Assembly: GCA_965223795.1 (NCBI GenBank)
Contig: CBDCXL010000002.1
Span: 1,664,001-1,728,000 of the forward strand
Source: Nitrospinales bacterium
GTDB lineage: Bacteria > Nitrospinota > Nitrospinia > Nitrospinales > VA-1
Reading direction: 5' to 3'
DNA length: 64,000 nucleotides
The notes beneath the pieces are model-generated. The model saw nothing but the letters and a program-made list of their open reading frames with translations. It had not been told where the DNA came from and did no database searches. Shown here one piece after another: positions 40,103 through 49,605 of the stretch (within the stretch, counting starts at the first letter, position 1; each line of letters starts with the position of its first letter). Position numbers and translations under genes: made by a program.

Positions 40103-40846
40103 ATGCAATGGGATTTTAAAGACCAGAGGATCATCGTCACCGGGGGCACGCGCGGAATCGGCAGGGGGGTTTCCGAGGCGTTCCTGAGCGCAGGCGCATC
40201 GGTGATCGCCACCTACCGCAGCAACGAATCCGCAGCAAATCAATTCAAGCAAGCGCTGTCGCAGCACGGCGATCGTCTGGACGTGCGGCGCTTCGACGTC
40301 GCCCGGCACGACGAGGTGGAAGCGTTTTTTCAGGATGTGGATCGAACGCACGGGCCGTTTCAGGTTCTGGTGCACTGCTCCGGTATTCGCAGTGACGCGG
40401 TGGTGGGGCTGATGAAAGCCGAGGACTGGCAGCGCGTGCTCGACACCAATCTCACCGGGACCTTCAACGCGTGCAAATTCGCGGTGCAGAACCTGATGCG
40501 CCAGCGCTACGGCCGCATCGTCATCGTGACATCGCCCATAGGCCGGTTCGGTTTCGCCGGACAATCCAACTACGCTGCTTCGAAAGCGGGACAGGTGGCG
40601 TTCGCCCGCTCGTTGTCCAAGGAAGTGGCGAGCCGCAAGATCACGGTCAACTGCGTCTCTCCCGGATTCATCGAAACCGATTTCATCGCCGATCTTCCCG
40701 AAGAACAGCGCCAATCCTACCGCGGCCTGGTGCCGCTCAAACGGTTCGGGACCGCCGGGGAAGTGGCGCACTCGGTGCTTTTTCTCGCTTCGAAGGAAGC
40801 GGCCTACATCACGGGCTCAGTGCTGGAAGTGTCGGGGGGGCTTTAG
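40103..40846 (+). CDS. fabG: 3-oxoacyl-ACP reductase (FabG-like)
   Basis: TGGTRGIG, GQSNYAASK, VNCVSPGFIETD, YITG..LEV.GG. Confidence 0.9.
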   Translation: MQWDFKDQRIIVTGGTRGIGRGVSEAFLSAGASVIATYRSNESAANQFKQALSQHGDRLDVRRFDVARHDEVEAFFQDVDRTHGPFQVLVHCSGIRSDAVVGLMKAEDWQRVLDTNLTGTFNACKFAVQNLMRQRYGRIVIVTSPIGRFGFAGQSNYAASKAGQVAFARSLSKEVASRKITVNCVSPGFIETDFIADLPEEQRQSYRGLVPLKRFGTAGEVAHSVLFLASKEAAYITGSVLEVSGGL

Positions 40847-40848
40847 CC

Positions 40849-41274
40849 TTGAAGGAATTTTTGCAGTACATCCCGCACCGGGAACCGTTCCTGTTTGTGG
40901 ATGAGCTGATCGAAGCGGCTTCCGACCGCATCCGTACGCGAAAAGCGGTGAAAGCGGAGGAACCTTTTTTCCGGGGGCATTATCCCGGCCGGCCGATCAT
41001 GCCGGGGGTGCTTATTTTAGAATCGGTGTTTCAATCGGGCGCCATCCTCATGGGGAAACGGGTTCAGGGGAAAGAGGAGCGCATGCCGGTGGTGTCGCGC
41101 ATTCAAAATGTCAAATTCAAACGACCGGTCAACCCCGGCGACACGATGGACATCGAGGTTGAGCTCAAGGACGTGGTGGGGGCGGCGCATTATTTTAGCG
41201 GCCGGGTGCGGGTAAACGCAGACACCGTGCTCACGCTTGAGTTCACGGCGATGCTGGTGGAGGAAACGGCATGA
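40849..41274 (+). CDS. fabZ: 3-hydroxyacyl-ACP dehydratase (FabZ-like)
   Basis: [32 protein letters not shown] start at 40849 inside the longer track ORF. Confidence 0.9.
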   Translation: MKEFLQYIPHREPFLFVDELIEAASDRIRTRKAVKAEEPFFRGHYPGRPIMPGVLILESVFQSGAILMGKRVQGKEERMPVVSRIQNVKFKRPVNPGDTMDIEVELKDVVGAAHYFSGRVRVNADTVLTLEFTAMLVEETA

Positions 41275-42086
41275 GTTTTCTCGATCTCAAGGGTAAAACG
41301 ATCCTCGTGCTCGGCGTCGCCAATAAAAAAAGCGTTGCTTACAAGATCGGCAAAACACTGCAAGAGGCAGGGGCGAAGGTGTTGTACAGCGTCCGCTCCG
41401 AAGAACGCAAGCGGTCCACCGCGAAACTGCTGGAGGGCTCTCCGGTTTACGTGTGCGATGTGGAGCGCGACGGCGAGATCGAAAGGCTCGGGCGGGAAGT
41501 GGGAAAGGATCACCCCGTGCTGCACGGCATGGTGCATTCCATCGCGTTCGCCAACTACGACGAAGGCGGCAGACCGTTTCACGAATCGCGCCGGGAGGAT
41601 TTTCTGCAATCGGTGGGCATCACCTGTTTTTCACTCATCGCGCTCGCCAACGCCTTCAAGGACCGGTTCGACCCCGCCGCATCGGTGGTGACCGTGTCGA
41701 TTTCCACGACCCGCATGGCGGCCGAGAATTACGGTTTCATGGCGCCGGCTAAGGCGGCGCTCGACTCTTCGCTGTGCTTTCTCGCGAAATCGTTCAGCGC
41801 GTTTTCCAAAGTGCGTTTCAACTCGGTGAACGCGGGGCTGTTGAAAACCTCCGCATCGGCCGGCATCCCCGGCTACATCGACTCCTACCTGTACGCGGAA
41901 CAGCTCACGCTCAGAAAAGAGGCGCTGACCACTCAGGAGGTGGCCAACGCCGCGGTGTTTCTGTTGAGCCCGGCCGCCAGCGGCATCAACGCCCAGGGGC
42001 TGGTGCTGGATGCGGGCATGTCGGTGAATTACTTCGACACCGGCATCGTGAAACGCGCCATGCGGCCCGGTCCGGACAAGCCCTGA
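41271..42086 (+). CDS. fabI: Enoyl-ACP reductase (FabI-like, divergent)
   Basis: [29 protein letters not shown] (Y-x6-K); ATGA overlap with fabZ. Confidence 0.88.
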   Translation: MSFLDLKGKTILVLGVANKKSVAYKIGKTLQEAGAKVLYSVRSEERKRSTAKLLEGSPVYVCDVERDGEIERLGREVGKDHPVLHGMVHSIAFANYDEGGRPFHESRREDFLQSVGITCFSLIALANAFKDRFDPAASVVTVSISTTRMAAENYGFMAPAKAALDSSLCFLAKSFSAFSKVRFNSVNAGLLKTSASAGIPGYIDSYLYAEQLTLRKEALTTQEVANAAVFLLSPAASGINAQGLVLDAGMSVNYFDTGIVKRAMRPGPDKP

Positions 42087-42111
42087 GCCGCCGCTTCCCG
42101 TTCCGGGGCGG

Positions 42112-42963
42112 TTATTTTTGCTCCCAGGTGCTCTGTATGATCGCGTACGCCCGGTGGGTCAGGTGACAGTTCTTGCAGCCCAGTTTTCCCAACGTGCCGA
42201 CATTTTTCCAGAAATTGCCGGGGTTGGGTTTGGCCTGGGTGAGTTCCGTTTTCAGCCCTTCGAAGGCGGCGTCCACCGTTTTGCCCACATAGAACAGCTT
42301 CACGTCGTCGTTGGTGTGGCATTTGCTGCACACGGACTTGAGTTCCATGAACCGCGATTTGAACCCGCGCAGCGCTTTGGCGGCGCGGTCGTACTGCCCT
42401 TCCTTGAAGTTCACCGTCACGCCTTTGAACGAGCCGGAAACCTGGCCCATGTAGTTGCCGAACTCCATTTCCTCTTCGCTCAGAGGATCGGTGATCTTGA
42501 TTTTTGAAAAAGACGGCCAGTGAAAGCGCGTCCACACGGAAACGTAGTTTTCCGCGTGGCATTTGCCGCAGGTTTTGCCGACGCCGCCGACGGCCTTGCC
42601 GATTTTCGCGGGATCGTGGGTTTTGGCGGCGGCGTTGAATTTTTTGGCCGCATCGAGATCAAAATACTCTTCCCACTCGGGCACCATCTCGGAGGCTTTC
42701 TTGTAGGCGTCGAGAAACGCGTCGGCGCTTTTGTCCAGATTGTCCCAGTCTTTCTCGCGCATGTTGACGAACACCCCGCCGAGACCGCCGCTCATCGCGT
42801 GCATCTGCTGGATCCATTTGGGTTCCTTGCTTTCGGGCGGGTAGTATTTGCTCAGGCTTTCCGGGGGCGGCTTGACGACGAGATCCTTGGCGGCGGACGG
42901 GTCGGCGAAAGCCACCAGCCAGGCGAGGACGATAAAACCTGCGAATCGGACTTGGGTGCTCAT
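42112..42963 (-). CDS. Periplasmic triheme cytochrome c (helical-bundle type)
   Basis: Signal peptide; CGKCH, CSKCH, CKNCH; AAGGAGG RBS. Confidence 0.88.
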   Translation of the reverse strand: MSTQVRFAGFIVLAWLVAFADPSAAKDLVVKPPPESLSKYYPPESKEPKWIQQMHAMSGGLGGVFVNMREKDWDNLDKSADAFLDAYKKASEMVPEWEEYFDLDAAKKFNAAAKTHDPAKIGKAVGGVGKTCGKCHAENYVSVWTRFHWPSFSKIKITDPLSEEEMEFGNYMGQVSGSFKGVTVNFKEGQYDRAAKALRGFKSRFMELKSVCSKCHTNDDVKLFYVGKTVDAAFEGLKTELTQAKPNPGNFWKNVGTLGKLGCKNCHLTHRAYAIIQSTWEQK

Positions 42964-43050
42964 GGTACCTCCTTGATGAACGGGGACGGGGTCGCACTGT
43001 GTGGATCGTTTTACTTTAAAATAAAAGGCTTTTCGAGTTCAACGCGAAAT

Positions 43051-44058
43051 TCAGCCTTTTTCGAAGGTCCGGGTCAGGATCTCCTGTTTTTCCTTGGACC
43101 AGGCCGGGCGGTACTGAATAAGGAGCTCCGCCCGGCTCACCGGCCCGAACAAAGGATAGATGAACGTGACTTCCTTGTTGAAGGGAAGCGCGGTTTCCTG
43201 TTGCGGGGCGATGATCTCCTTGTACCGGTCGAGCTGTTCGCCCTTAGCGTCGAACAATGTGAGGACCGCGTAGAGTCTCGGGTCGCCGTTGTCGGCGGTG
43301 GGCATGAAATGCGGGACCGACGTATTGAGAAGGCCGAGCGAAAACCGGTTTCCCTCCAGGAACCGGCCGTTGACCTTGAGGTTTTCTTCCGACACGTCGC
43401 CGCGGGGAAAGCTGTGGTCGCCGGTTTTTTTCGGTGCGTGGAGCCAGCCCAGGAAAAACTTCTGCACCAGCCGGTTTTTCGAGGCCGGCATGTGGCAGGA
43501 CTGGCAGGTCTTTTCGTGGCCGGTGTTTTGCCACTCTTTATAGGTCTTTTCGTGGCAGGAGCCGCATATTTTCGATTTACGGTAGTCCTCATTGAGTTTT
43601 GTGGGGTGGGGCGGGGCATACAGGTCGTGAGGGCCGTTCATGGCGCCGTCCACCAGGTGACAGGGAACGCAGTAGACGCCGTCGTCGCGGTGCGTGAGCC
43701 GGGGCGAGGGCTTCTCGCCGTTTTTCACCACCTGCGGGATGTGGCAGGGCAGGCATTTTTCCTTGGTCCTGTTTTCCGAATCCTCGATGAAGAATTTGCT
43801 CACCCAGGCGAGGGAATGCCGGCTTTTCTTCCAGGACTCGAAAATCGTTTGGTGGCATTCGGAGCAGCGCTCGGCATTTGGGTTTTCGGTCAATTCCGCC
43901 TGGCGCACAAGGCCGGTCAACGGTTCCGGAATCCACTGCGGCTTGAAGTTGATCATGTAATAGCCGCCCGCCAAAGCCAGGACAACAAGAACCGGTGTGA
44001 GAAGCAATGCCAGACTGAAAAACCCCTTATTTTTTATATAAATGGATGACTTTCTCAT
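43051..44058 (-). CDS. Membrane-anchored pentaheme cytochrome c (c554-like N-terminal region)
   Basis: N-terminal TM helix; CSECH, CLPCH, CVPCH, CGSCH, CQSCH; W..S.H, H.F and PH.MPT motifs. Confidence 0.88.
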   Translation of the reverse strand: MRKSSIYIKNKGFFSLALLLTPVLVVLALAGGYYMINFKPQWIPEPLTGLVRQAELTENPNAERCSECHQTIFESWKKSRHSLAWVSKFFIEDSENRTKEKCLPCHIPQVVKNGEKPSPRLTHRDDGVYCVPCHLVDGAMNGPHDLYAPPHPTKLNEDYRKSKICGSCHEKTYKEWQNTGHEKTCQSCHMPASKNRLVQKFFLGWLHAPKKTGDHSFPRGDVSEENLKVNGRFLEGNRFSLGLLNTSVPHFMPTADNGDPRLYAVLTLFDAKGEQLDRYKEIIAPQQETALPFNKEVTFIYPLFGPVSRAELLIQYRPAWSKEKQEILTRTFEKG

Positions 44059-44344
44059 TGATTAACATAGAATGTTATGGTATTTTGTTGTGCGTTGGCC
44101 GTTATTTTCCGCCATCCCCAGCAGACGGATCGTTGAGGTGTTCGATGGATAATCCATGCGGGGATTCGTGATTGCGATTGAATTTGACTTCGGCGCAGGA
44201 CCATTCGAAAAGAAAACGTTCCCGTTCTTATCTCTCTAGCTGCTTTCGATATCTTGGTTTGCGAAGAAGATACCAAAATTAAAGATTTTTTTAACGGCTG
44301 TCCACAGATCGGAGGAATCGGTGAGAGTCTTGAAGGAAAAAGCG

Positions 44345-47269
44345 ATGGATGAAGGGAACCATTCCGTACCTTTAGAAAGTGGTTTGAATTCGCAGAGGAC
44401 TCAACGAGGCCTGCGCTGGACGATCCGGAAAAAAATGATGGTGTTCCTGCTTTCGGCGGGATTGCTGCCGCTGATCCTGTTTGCCGTGGTTTCCATGCAG
44501 CGTGTGGAAAATGCGATTCTCAAGATCAACGAGGACCGGCTGACTTCTCTGCGCGAAGAGAAAAAACTTCAGATCGAACAGTATTTCGATCAGATCCAGC
44601 ATCAGGTCGTCACGTTTTCCAACAACAGCATGATCGTCGATGCCATGCAGGCGTTCACGTCGGCCTTTTTTCAAGCCGAAGCGGTTTCCTCGGGGAGCTA
44701 CGGACCCCAGGAGGCAAAGCGCCTGCGGGACCGTTACACGTATCAGATGCACAACACGCCCGGCGCTCCCGCGGATGCCATGTCGCAGTGGTTTCCCAAG
44801 AAACGGGTCACCCAGATTTTACAGTCTCTTTATATCTCTGAAAACTCCAATCCCATCGGTGAAAAGGAAAAACTGAACCACGCCGGGGACCCGAGCGCCT
44901 ACAGCGATCTACATAGAAAGTACCATTCCATCATCCGTGATTACCTCGAGCGCTTCGGATACTACGATATTTTCCTGGTGGAACCGCGTTCGGGGCACAT
45001 CGTGTATTCGGTTTTCAAGGAAGTCGATTACGCGACCAGCCTGAATTCCGGGCCCTATGCGAATACGGGAATCGGCCGTGCATTCAAGAAGGCGATGCAA
45101 TCCAACGCTGCGGATTTCGTGTACATGGATGATTTCGCCCCCTACGCTCCATCCTACAACGGCGCGGCGGCGTTCATCGCTTCTCCCGTTTTTGCAAATG
45201 GGCAGAAAGTGGGTGTCCTGATTTTTCAGGCTCCCATCGACCGCATCGACGCGGTGATGACCAGCAACAAGGCCTGGAAAAAAGTCGGGCTGGGGGATTC
45301 CGGCGAAGTGTACATGGTCGGCAAGGATTTTAAAATGCGGAACAATTCCCGGTTCCTGATCGAACAGCCCCAGGAATACTTTGCGGCTTTGGAGACGTTG
45401 AAAATCGATCCGGGGCTGATTAAAAAGTCGCGCGATCTGGAAACGTCCATTGGACTCAATCAGATTAAGACGAAAGGGACCGAAAACGCGCTGGCCAACA
45501 AATCCGGCTTCGCGATTTACGACGACTATCGCGGGGCTCCTGTGCTGGGGGCTTACGGCCCGCTTGTGATCCTGGGAAATCAATGGGCGATCCTGGCTGA
45601 AATCGACGAAGCCGAAGCCATGCAGGTCACGCACGATCTTCAAATCTGGGCGGTGGTGATCTTCGCGGGATTGACGGTGCTGTTGAGTCTGGCGGCTTTT
45701 TACATCGCCGGCTGGTTTTCCAGGCCCGTATTGACCCTGGTCGACCGTGCCGAAAAAATCGCCGACGGCAACCTCAAGCAGGACGCGCTTCATATCGATT
45801 CTTCGGATGAGTTGGGTCTCTTGGGGAATTCGTTCAATAAAATGATCGAAAGCCTCAACCGGCTGGTGCGGAAAGCCGAGCGGATCGCCGAAGGCAAACT
45901 GCAGCTCAATAAAGTGACCGAAAAAATGAACGCGGGCATGGATCTGGAATCGGGCGCCCAGGCGGTCTCCAGTGAGGATAAAATAGCGGGAGACCTGGGG
46001 GAAGCGTTCCGGAAAATGGAAACCGAACTGCGCAAATTGACGGTCCAGGCCAAGACCATCGCGGAAGATGATCTCGGCAATCCTGCCCTGAAGGTTGCGA
46101 TCGACGGAGAGCTGGGTGAGCAGTTCAGGGCCATGAACGAAAAGATGCAGTATTTTGCGGGCCAGGCGAATTACATTGCGAACAACGATGTCAACAACCC
46201 GAACCTGAATGATCGCGCATCGGGAACACTGGGTTCCGCCATGTCCACCATGGTCCGCAACCTGCGTGAACTGTTGCAGACCACGCAGAATCAGGCCGAG
46301 CGCGAACGGCAGCAGGCCGAAGAGCTGCGCAGGAAAGTCAATTCGCTTCTGGAGGTGGTGAACGCCGCTTCGGAAGGCGATCTCACGCAACAGGTCACGA
46401 TCAACGGCGAAGATGCGATCGGGCAGATGGGGGAAGGGTTGTCCAAGTTTTTAAGCCGGTTGCGCACCAGCATTTCCAGCATCGGTGAAAACTCCAGGGT
46501 GCTGGATGCGTCCTCCTCCTCGTTGTCTGAGGTGAGTCAGCAGATGGCGGGCAACGCGGAGGAAACAGCAGCGCAGGCGGGCGTGGTTTCCGCAGCATCG
46601 GAGGAAGTGAGCAAAAACGTGGAGACGGTGGCGACCGGCGCGGAAGAAATGCACTCCAGCATCAAGGAAATCTCGCACAGCGCCAATGAAGCGGCAAAAA
46701 TCGCCAACGAGGCGGTGCGGGTGGCGCAGAACACGAACCAAACCGTCGGCAAGCTGGGCGAAAGCTCGGCGGAGATCGGTCAGGTGATCAAGGTGATCAC
46801 CTCGATCGCGGAGCAGACGAACCTGCTGGCTCTGAACGCCACGATCGAAGCGGCACGCGCGGGCGAGGCGGGCAAGGGATTCGCGGTGGTCGCCAACGAG
46901 GTCAAGGATCTGGCAAACCAGACGGCGAAGGCCACCGAGGAGATCAGCGAGAAGATCGAGGCGATTCAGACGGACACGGGCGGGGCGGTGTCGGCGATCG
47001 CCGAGATCAGTGATGTGATCAACAGGATCAGCGATATCTCGAACACGATCGCCAGCGCGGTGGAGGAACAGACGGCGACGACGTCGGAGATCGGCCGCAA
47101 CGTGACGGAAGCGGCGAAAGGAACGCAGGAAATCGCCGAGAACATCACGGGTGTGGCGCAGGCGGCGCAGAGCACGACACAGGGTGCCGGGGACACGCAG
47201 ACCGCATCGGGAGAGCTTTCGAGGATGGCCACAGAGCTGCAACAGCTGGTCGGTCAGTTCAAGTACTGA
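44345..47269 (+). CDS. Methyl-accepting chemotaxis protein (Cache-like sensor, poly-HAMP)
   Basis: Two TM segments; [65 protein letters not shown]. Confidence 0.96.
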   Translation: MDEGNHSVPLESGLNSQRTQRGLRWTIRKKMMVFLLSAGLLPLILFAVVSMQRVENAILKINEDRLTSLREEKKLQIEQYFDQIQHQVVTFSNNSMIVDAMQAFTSAFFQAEAVSSGSYGPQEAKRLRDRYTYQMHNTPGAPADAMSQWFPKKRVTQILQSLYISENSNPIGEKEKLNHAGDPSAYSDLHRKYHSIIRDYLERFGYYDIFLVEPRSGHIVYSVFKEVDYATSLNSGPYANTGIGRAFKKAMQSNAADFVYMDDFAPYAPSYNGAAAFIASPVFANGQKVGVLIFQAPIDRIDAVMTSNKAWKKVGLGDSGEVYMVGKDFKMRNNSRFLIEQPQEYFAALETLKIDPGLIKKSRDLETSIGLNQIKTKGTENALANKSGFAIYDDYRGAPVLGAYGPLVILGNQWAILAEIDEAEAMQVTHDLQIWAVVIFAGLTVLLSLAAFYIAGWFSRPVLTLVDRAEKIADGNLKQDALHIDSSDELGLLGNSFNKMIESLNRLVRKAERIAEGKLQLNKVTEKMNAGMDLESGAQAVSSEDKIAGDLGEAFRKMETELRKLTVQAKTIAEDDLGNPALKVAIDGELGEQFRAMNEKMQYFAGQANYIANNDVNNPNLNDRASGTLGSAMSTMVRNLRELLQTTQNQAERERQQAEELRRKVNSLLEVVNAASEGDLTQQVTINGEDAIGQMGEGLSKFLSRLRTSISSIGENSRVLDASSSSLSEVSQQMAGNAEETAAQAGVVSAASEEVSKNVETVATGAEEMHSSIKEISHSANEAAKIANEAVRVAQNTNQTVGKLGESSAEIGQVIKVITSIAEQTNLLALNATIEAARAGEAGKGFAVVANEVKDLANQTAKATEEISEKIEAIQTDTGGAVSAIAEISDVINRISDISNTIASAVEEQTATTSEIGRNVTEAAKGTQEIAENITGVAQAAQSTTQGAGDTQTASGELSRMATELQQLVGQFKY

Positions 47270-47284
47270 CCCGGACGGAAAGCG

Positions 47285-47323
47285 AAAAGGGGAACGGTTG
47301 TGAGGCCGTTCCCCTTTTTTTTT
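47285..47323. terminator. Bidirectional intrinsic terminator between the MCP gene and pheS
   Basis: AAAAGGGGAACGG...CCGTTCCCCTTTTTTTTT. Confidence 0.85.
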
Positions 47324-47350
47324 ATTGGATTGAGAGGCGTTCCGGCGGGT

Positions 47351-48361
47351 CTAAAACTGTTTTAAAAACCGCAGGTCGTTTTCGAAAAACAGCCGGATGT
47401 CGTTGATGCCGAACTTGAGCATGGCGATCCGCTCGATGCCCAGCCCGAAGGCGAAGCCGGTCCATTTCTCCGGATCGTAGTTGACGAAGCCGAACACCGC
47501 GGGGGCCACCATGCCCGCGCCCAGAATCTCCAGCCAGCCGGTCTGCGAGCACACCCGGCAGCCTTTGCCCGTGCACATGACGCACTGGATGTCCACCTCG
47601 GCGCTCGGGCAGGTGAAAGGGAAAAAGCTGGGGCGGAAGCGCACCCGGGTCTTTTCGCCGAACACCTGGTGCACGAAAATGTTCATGATGCCCTTCAGGT
47701 GGCTGAAGGAAATGTTCTCGTCGACCATCAGGCCTTCGATCTGGTGGAACATGGGCGTGTGCGAGATGTCCGAGTCGCAGCGGTACACTTTTCCGGGAGC
47801 GATGATGCGCAGCGGCGGCGCCTGCTTTTCCATGACGTGGATCTGCACCGGCGAGGTGTGGGTGCGGAGCACGGTCTCGCCCTCGATGTAGAACGTGTCC
47901 TGCATGTCACGCGCGGGGTGGTCCTTGGGGATGTTTAGGGCCTCGAAATTGTAGTAATCCGATTCGATCTGCGGGCCTTCCTCCACCGCAAACCCGAGGC
48001 TGGTGAAGATGGCGATGATCTCTTCCATCACCTGGGTGATCGGATGCAGCGAGCCGGTGAGTTCCTTGCGGCCGGGCAATGTCGTGTCGAACGCGCCCTG
48101 TTTCGAGGCTGCGGCGCTTTGTTCCAGCGTGTCGGACTTTTCCTTGAGGCCCTGTTCGATGTGCGCCTTGAGCTCGTTGATGTGCTTGCCGAGCAGCGGT
48201 TTCTGCTCGGCGGGCAGGTCGCGCAGATCCTTCATGATTTTGGAAACCCGCCCCTTTTTTCCCAGAAACTCGATGCGCATCTGCTTGAGCTGGTCCAGGG
48301 ATGCGCAGTCCGCGAGGCTGGCATCGAATTGTTGCCGGTGCGTTTTGATAGTTTCTATCAT
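47351..48361 (-). CDS. pheS: Phenylalanyl-tRNA synthetase alpha subunit
   Basis: HPARDMQDTFY, LRTHTSP, HTPMFHQ.EG, FRPSFFPFT, GFAFG.GIER. Confidence 0.98.
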   Translation of the reverse strand: MIETIKTHRQQFDASLADCASLDQLKQMRIEFLGKKGRVSKIMKDLRDLPAEQKPLLGKHINELKAHIEQGLKEKSDTLEQSAAASKQGAFDTTLPGRKELTGSLHPITQVMEEIIAIFTSLGFAVEEGPQIESDYYNFEALNIPKDHPARDMQDTFYIEGETVLRTHTSPVQIHVMEKQAPPLRIIAPGKVYRCDSDISHTPMFHQIEGLMVDENISFSHLKGIMNIFVHQVFGEKTRVRFRPSFFPFTCPSAEVDIQCVMCTGKGCRVCSQTGWLEILGAGMVAPAVFGFVNYDPEKWTGFAFGLGIERIAMLKFGINDIRLFFENDLRFLKQF

Positions 48362-48455
48362 GCGATGGGAACGGCGATGTTTTGGGGTGGCGGGCCGGGG
48401 CTTGTCTCATGCCGGCGCAGGCGCGGCGGTTTGACACGGGCGGTTTAAAGCCCGC

Positions 48456-48812
48456 TCAGTTCAACTGCGCCAGCGCGGTTTTGGTCAGCGCCTTAAACGA
48501 TTCCTGGTTGTGGATGGCGAGGTCGGACAGGACTTTGCGGTCCAGGTCGATCTTGGCGAGCTTGAGCCCGTGCATGAACTTGCTGTAGGTCAGTCCTTCC
48601 GCCCGAACGGCGGCGTTGATGCGGGCGATCCACAGGCGCCGGAAGTCGCGCTTTCGGGTTTTGCGGTCGCGGTAACTGTAGGTCAATCCTTTCTCGACCG
48701 ATTCCCTGGCTTTGCGGTAGGCCCGGGAGCGGACGCTCCGGTAACCGGAAGCCATGCGAAGGATCTTTTTTCGCCTCCGTCTCGATATGGTTCCATTCAC
48801 TGCGCGTGGCAT
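48456..48812 (-). CDS. rplT: 50S ribosomal protein L20
   Basis: [28 protein letters not shown]. Confidence 0.98.
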   Translation of the reverse strand: MPRAVNGTISRRRRKKILRMASGYRSVRSRAYRKARESVEKGLTYSYRDRKTRKRDFRRLWIARINAAVRAEGLTYSKFMHGLKLAKIDLDRKVLSDLAIHNQESFKALTKTALAQLN

Positions 48813-48851
48813 GGATGCTCTCCTGTCTTTTCTTGGGTTTGTGCTTGCGGT

Positions 48852-49046
48852 TTATTTGGGAAGCAGGACGCGGATCCGCTTGGCGTCACCGGGAGCCATG
48901 ATGACGGATTTCCGCAAATTGCGCTTTCGCTTCGTCGTCTTGCTGGTCAGGATGTGACTGGTGAAAGCGCGGTTCATCCTGATCTTTCCTGTGGCTGTTT
49001 TGCGAAAGCGTTTCGCCGCCCCGCGATTCGATTTCATTTTCGGCAT
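48852..49046 (-). CDS. rpmI: 50S ribosomal protein L35
   Basis: MPKMKS..GAAKRF..TATGK, HIL..K..KRKR.LR. Confidence 0.98.
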   Translation of the reverse strand: MPKMKSNRGAAKRFRKTATGKIRMNRAFTSHILTSKTTKRKRNLRKSVIMAPGDAKRIRVLLPK

Positions 49047-49057
49047 GGGTGTTCTCT

Positions 49058-49582
49058 CTAGGGTGTTTTCTTCTTTACTTTGGGAGCCAGGATCATCATC
49101 AGGGTCCGGCCTTCCTGTTTTGGCGCCGATTCGACCACTCCCACTTCCTCGGTGTCTTCAACGACCCGCTTCAGCAGCTTTTCCCCGCCTTCGCGGTGGA
49201 CGATCTCGCGTCCTTTGAAGAAAATGACCACCTTTGCCTTGTCTCCGGCTTCCAGAAATCTCAAAACGTGTTTCAGCTTGAAGTCGTAATCGTGCTGATC
49301 GGTGTTGGGCCGAAACTTGACCTCTTTGAGGTGAACGATTTTCTGATTCTTTTTCGCTTCGTGGGCCCGCTTGCTTTGACGGTATTTGAACTTGCCGTAA
49401 TCCATGATGCGGCAAACCGGCGGGCTGGCCTGGGGCGCCACCTCAACCAAGTCCAGGTTTCTCTCCTGGGCAATGCTGATCGCTTCTTCCGTGGGCAAAA
49501 TTCCCAGCTGCTCTCCATCATCGCTGATCAGGCTGACTTCCTTAACCCGGATCATGTTGTTGACACGCTGCTTCTTATTAAT
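49058..49582 (-). CDS. infC: Translation initiation factor IF-3 (ATT start)
   Basis: LDLVEVAP...[11 protein letters not shown]; in-frame ATT at 49582 with GGAG 9 nt upstream. Confidence 0.95.
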   Translation of the reverse strand: MNKKQRVNNMIRVKEVSLISDDGEQLGILPTEEAISIAQERNLDLVEVAPQASPPVCRIMDYGKFKYRQSKRAHEAKKNQKIVHLKEVKFRPNTDQHDYDFKLKHVLRFLEAGDKAKVVIFFKGREIVHREGGEKLLKRVVEDTEEVGVVESAPKQEGRTLMMILAPKVKKKTP

Positions 49583-49605
49583 TAACTCTATCTCCCAAAA
49601 AGAGG

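Noticed and set aside
38387..40771. Long antisense ORFs (also 51621-53789, 35308-36918, 21005-22627, 42520-44049, 44909-46390, 61987-63426)
   Set aside because: They are shadows of real genes caused by GC-rich codon usage and show no recognisable motifs.
35359..42086. Calling the cluster a ladderane, aryl-polyene or carotenoid pathway
   Set aside because: It has no radical-SAM or methyltransferase gene, no KS-CLF pair or acyl-ligase, and no phytoene synthase. The product cannot be assigned from sequence.
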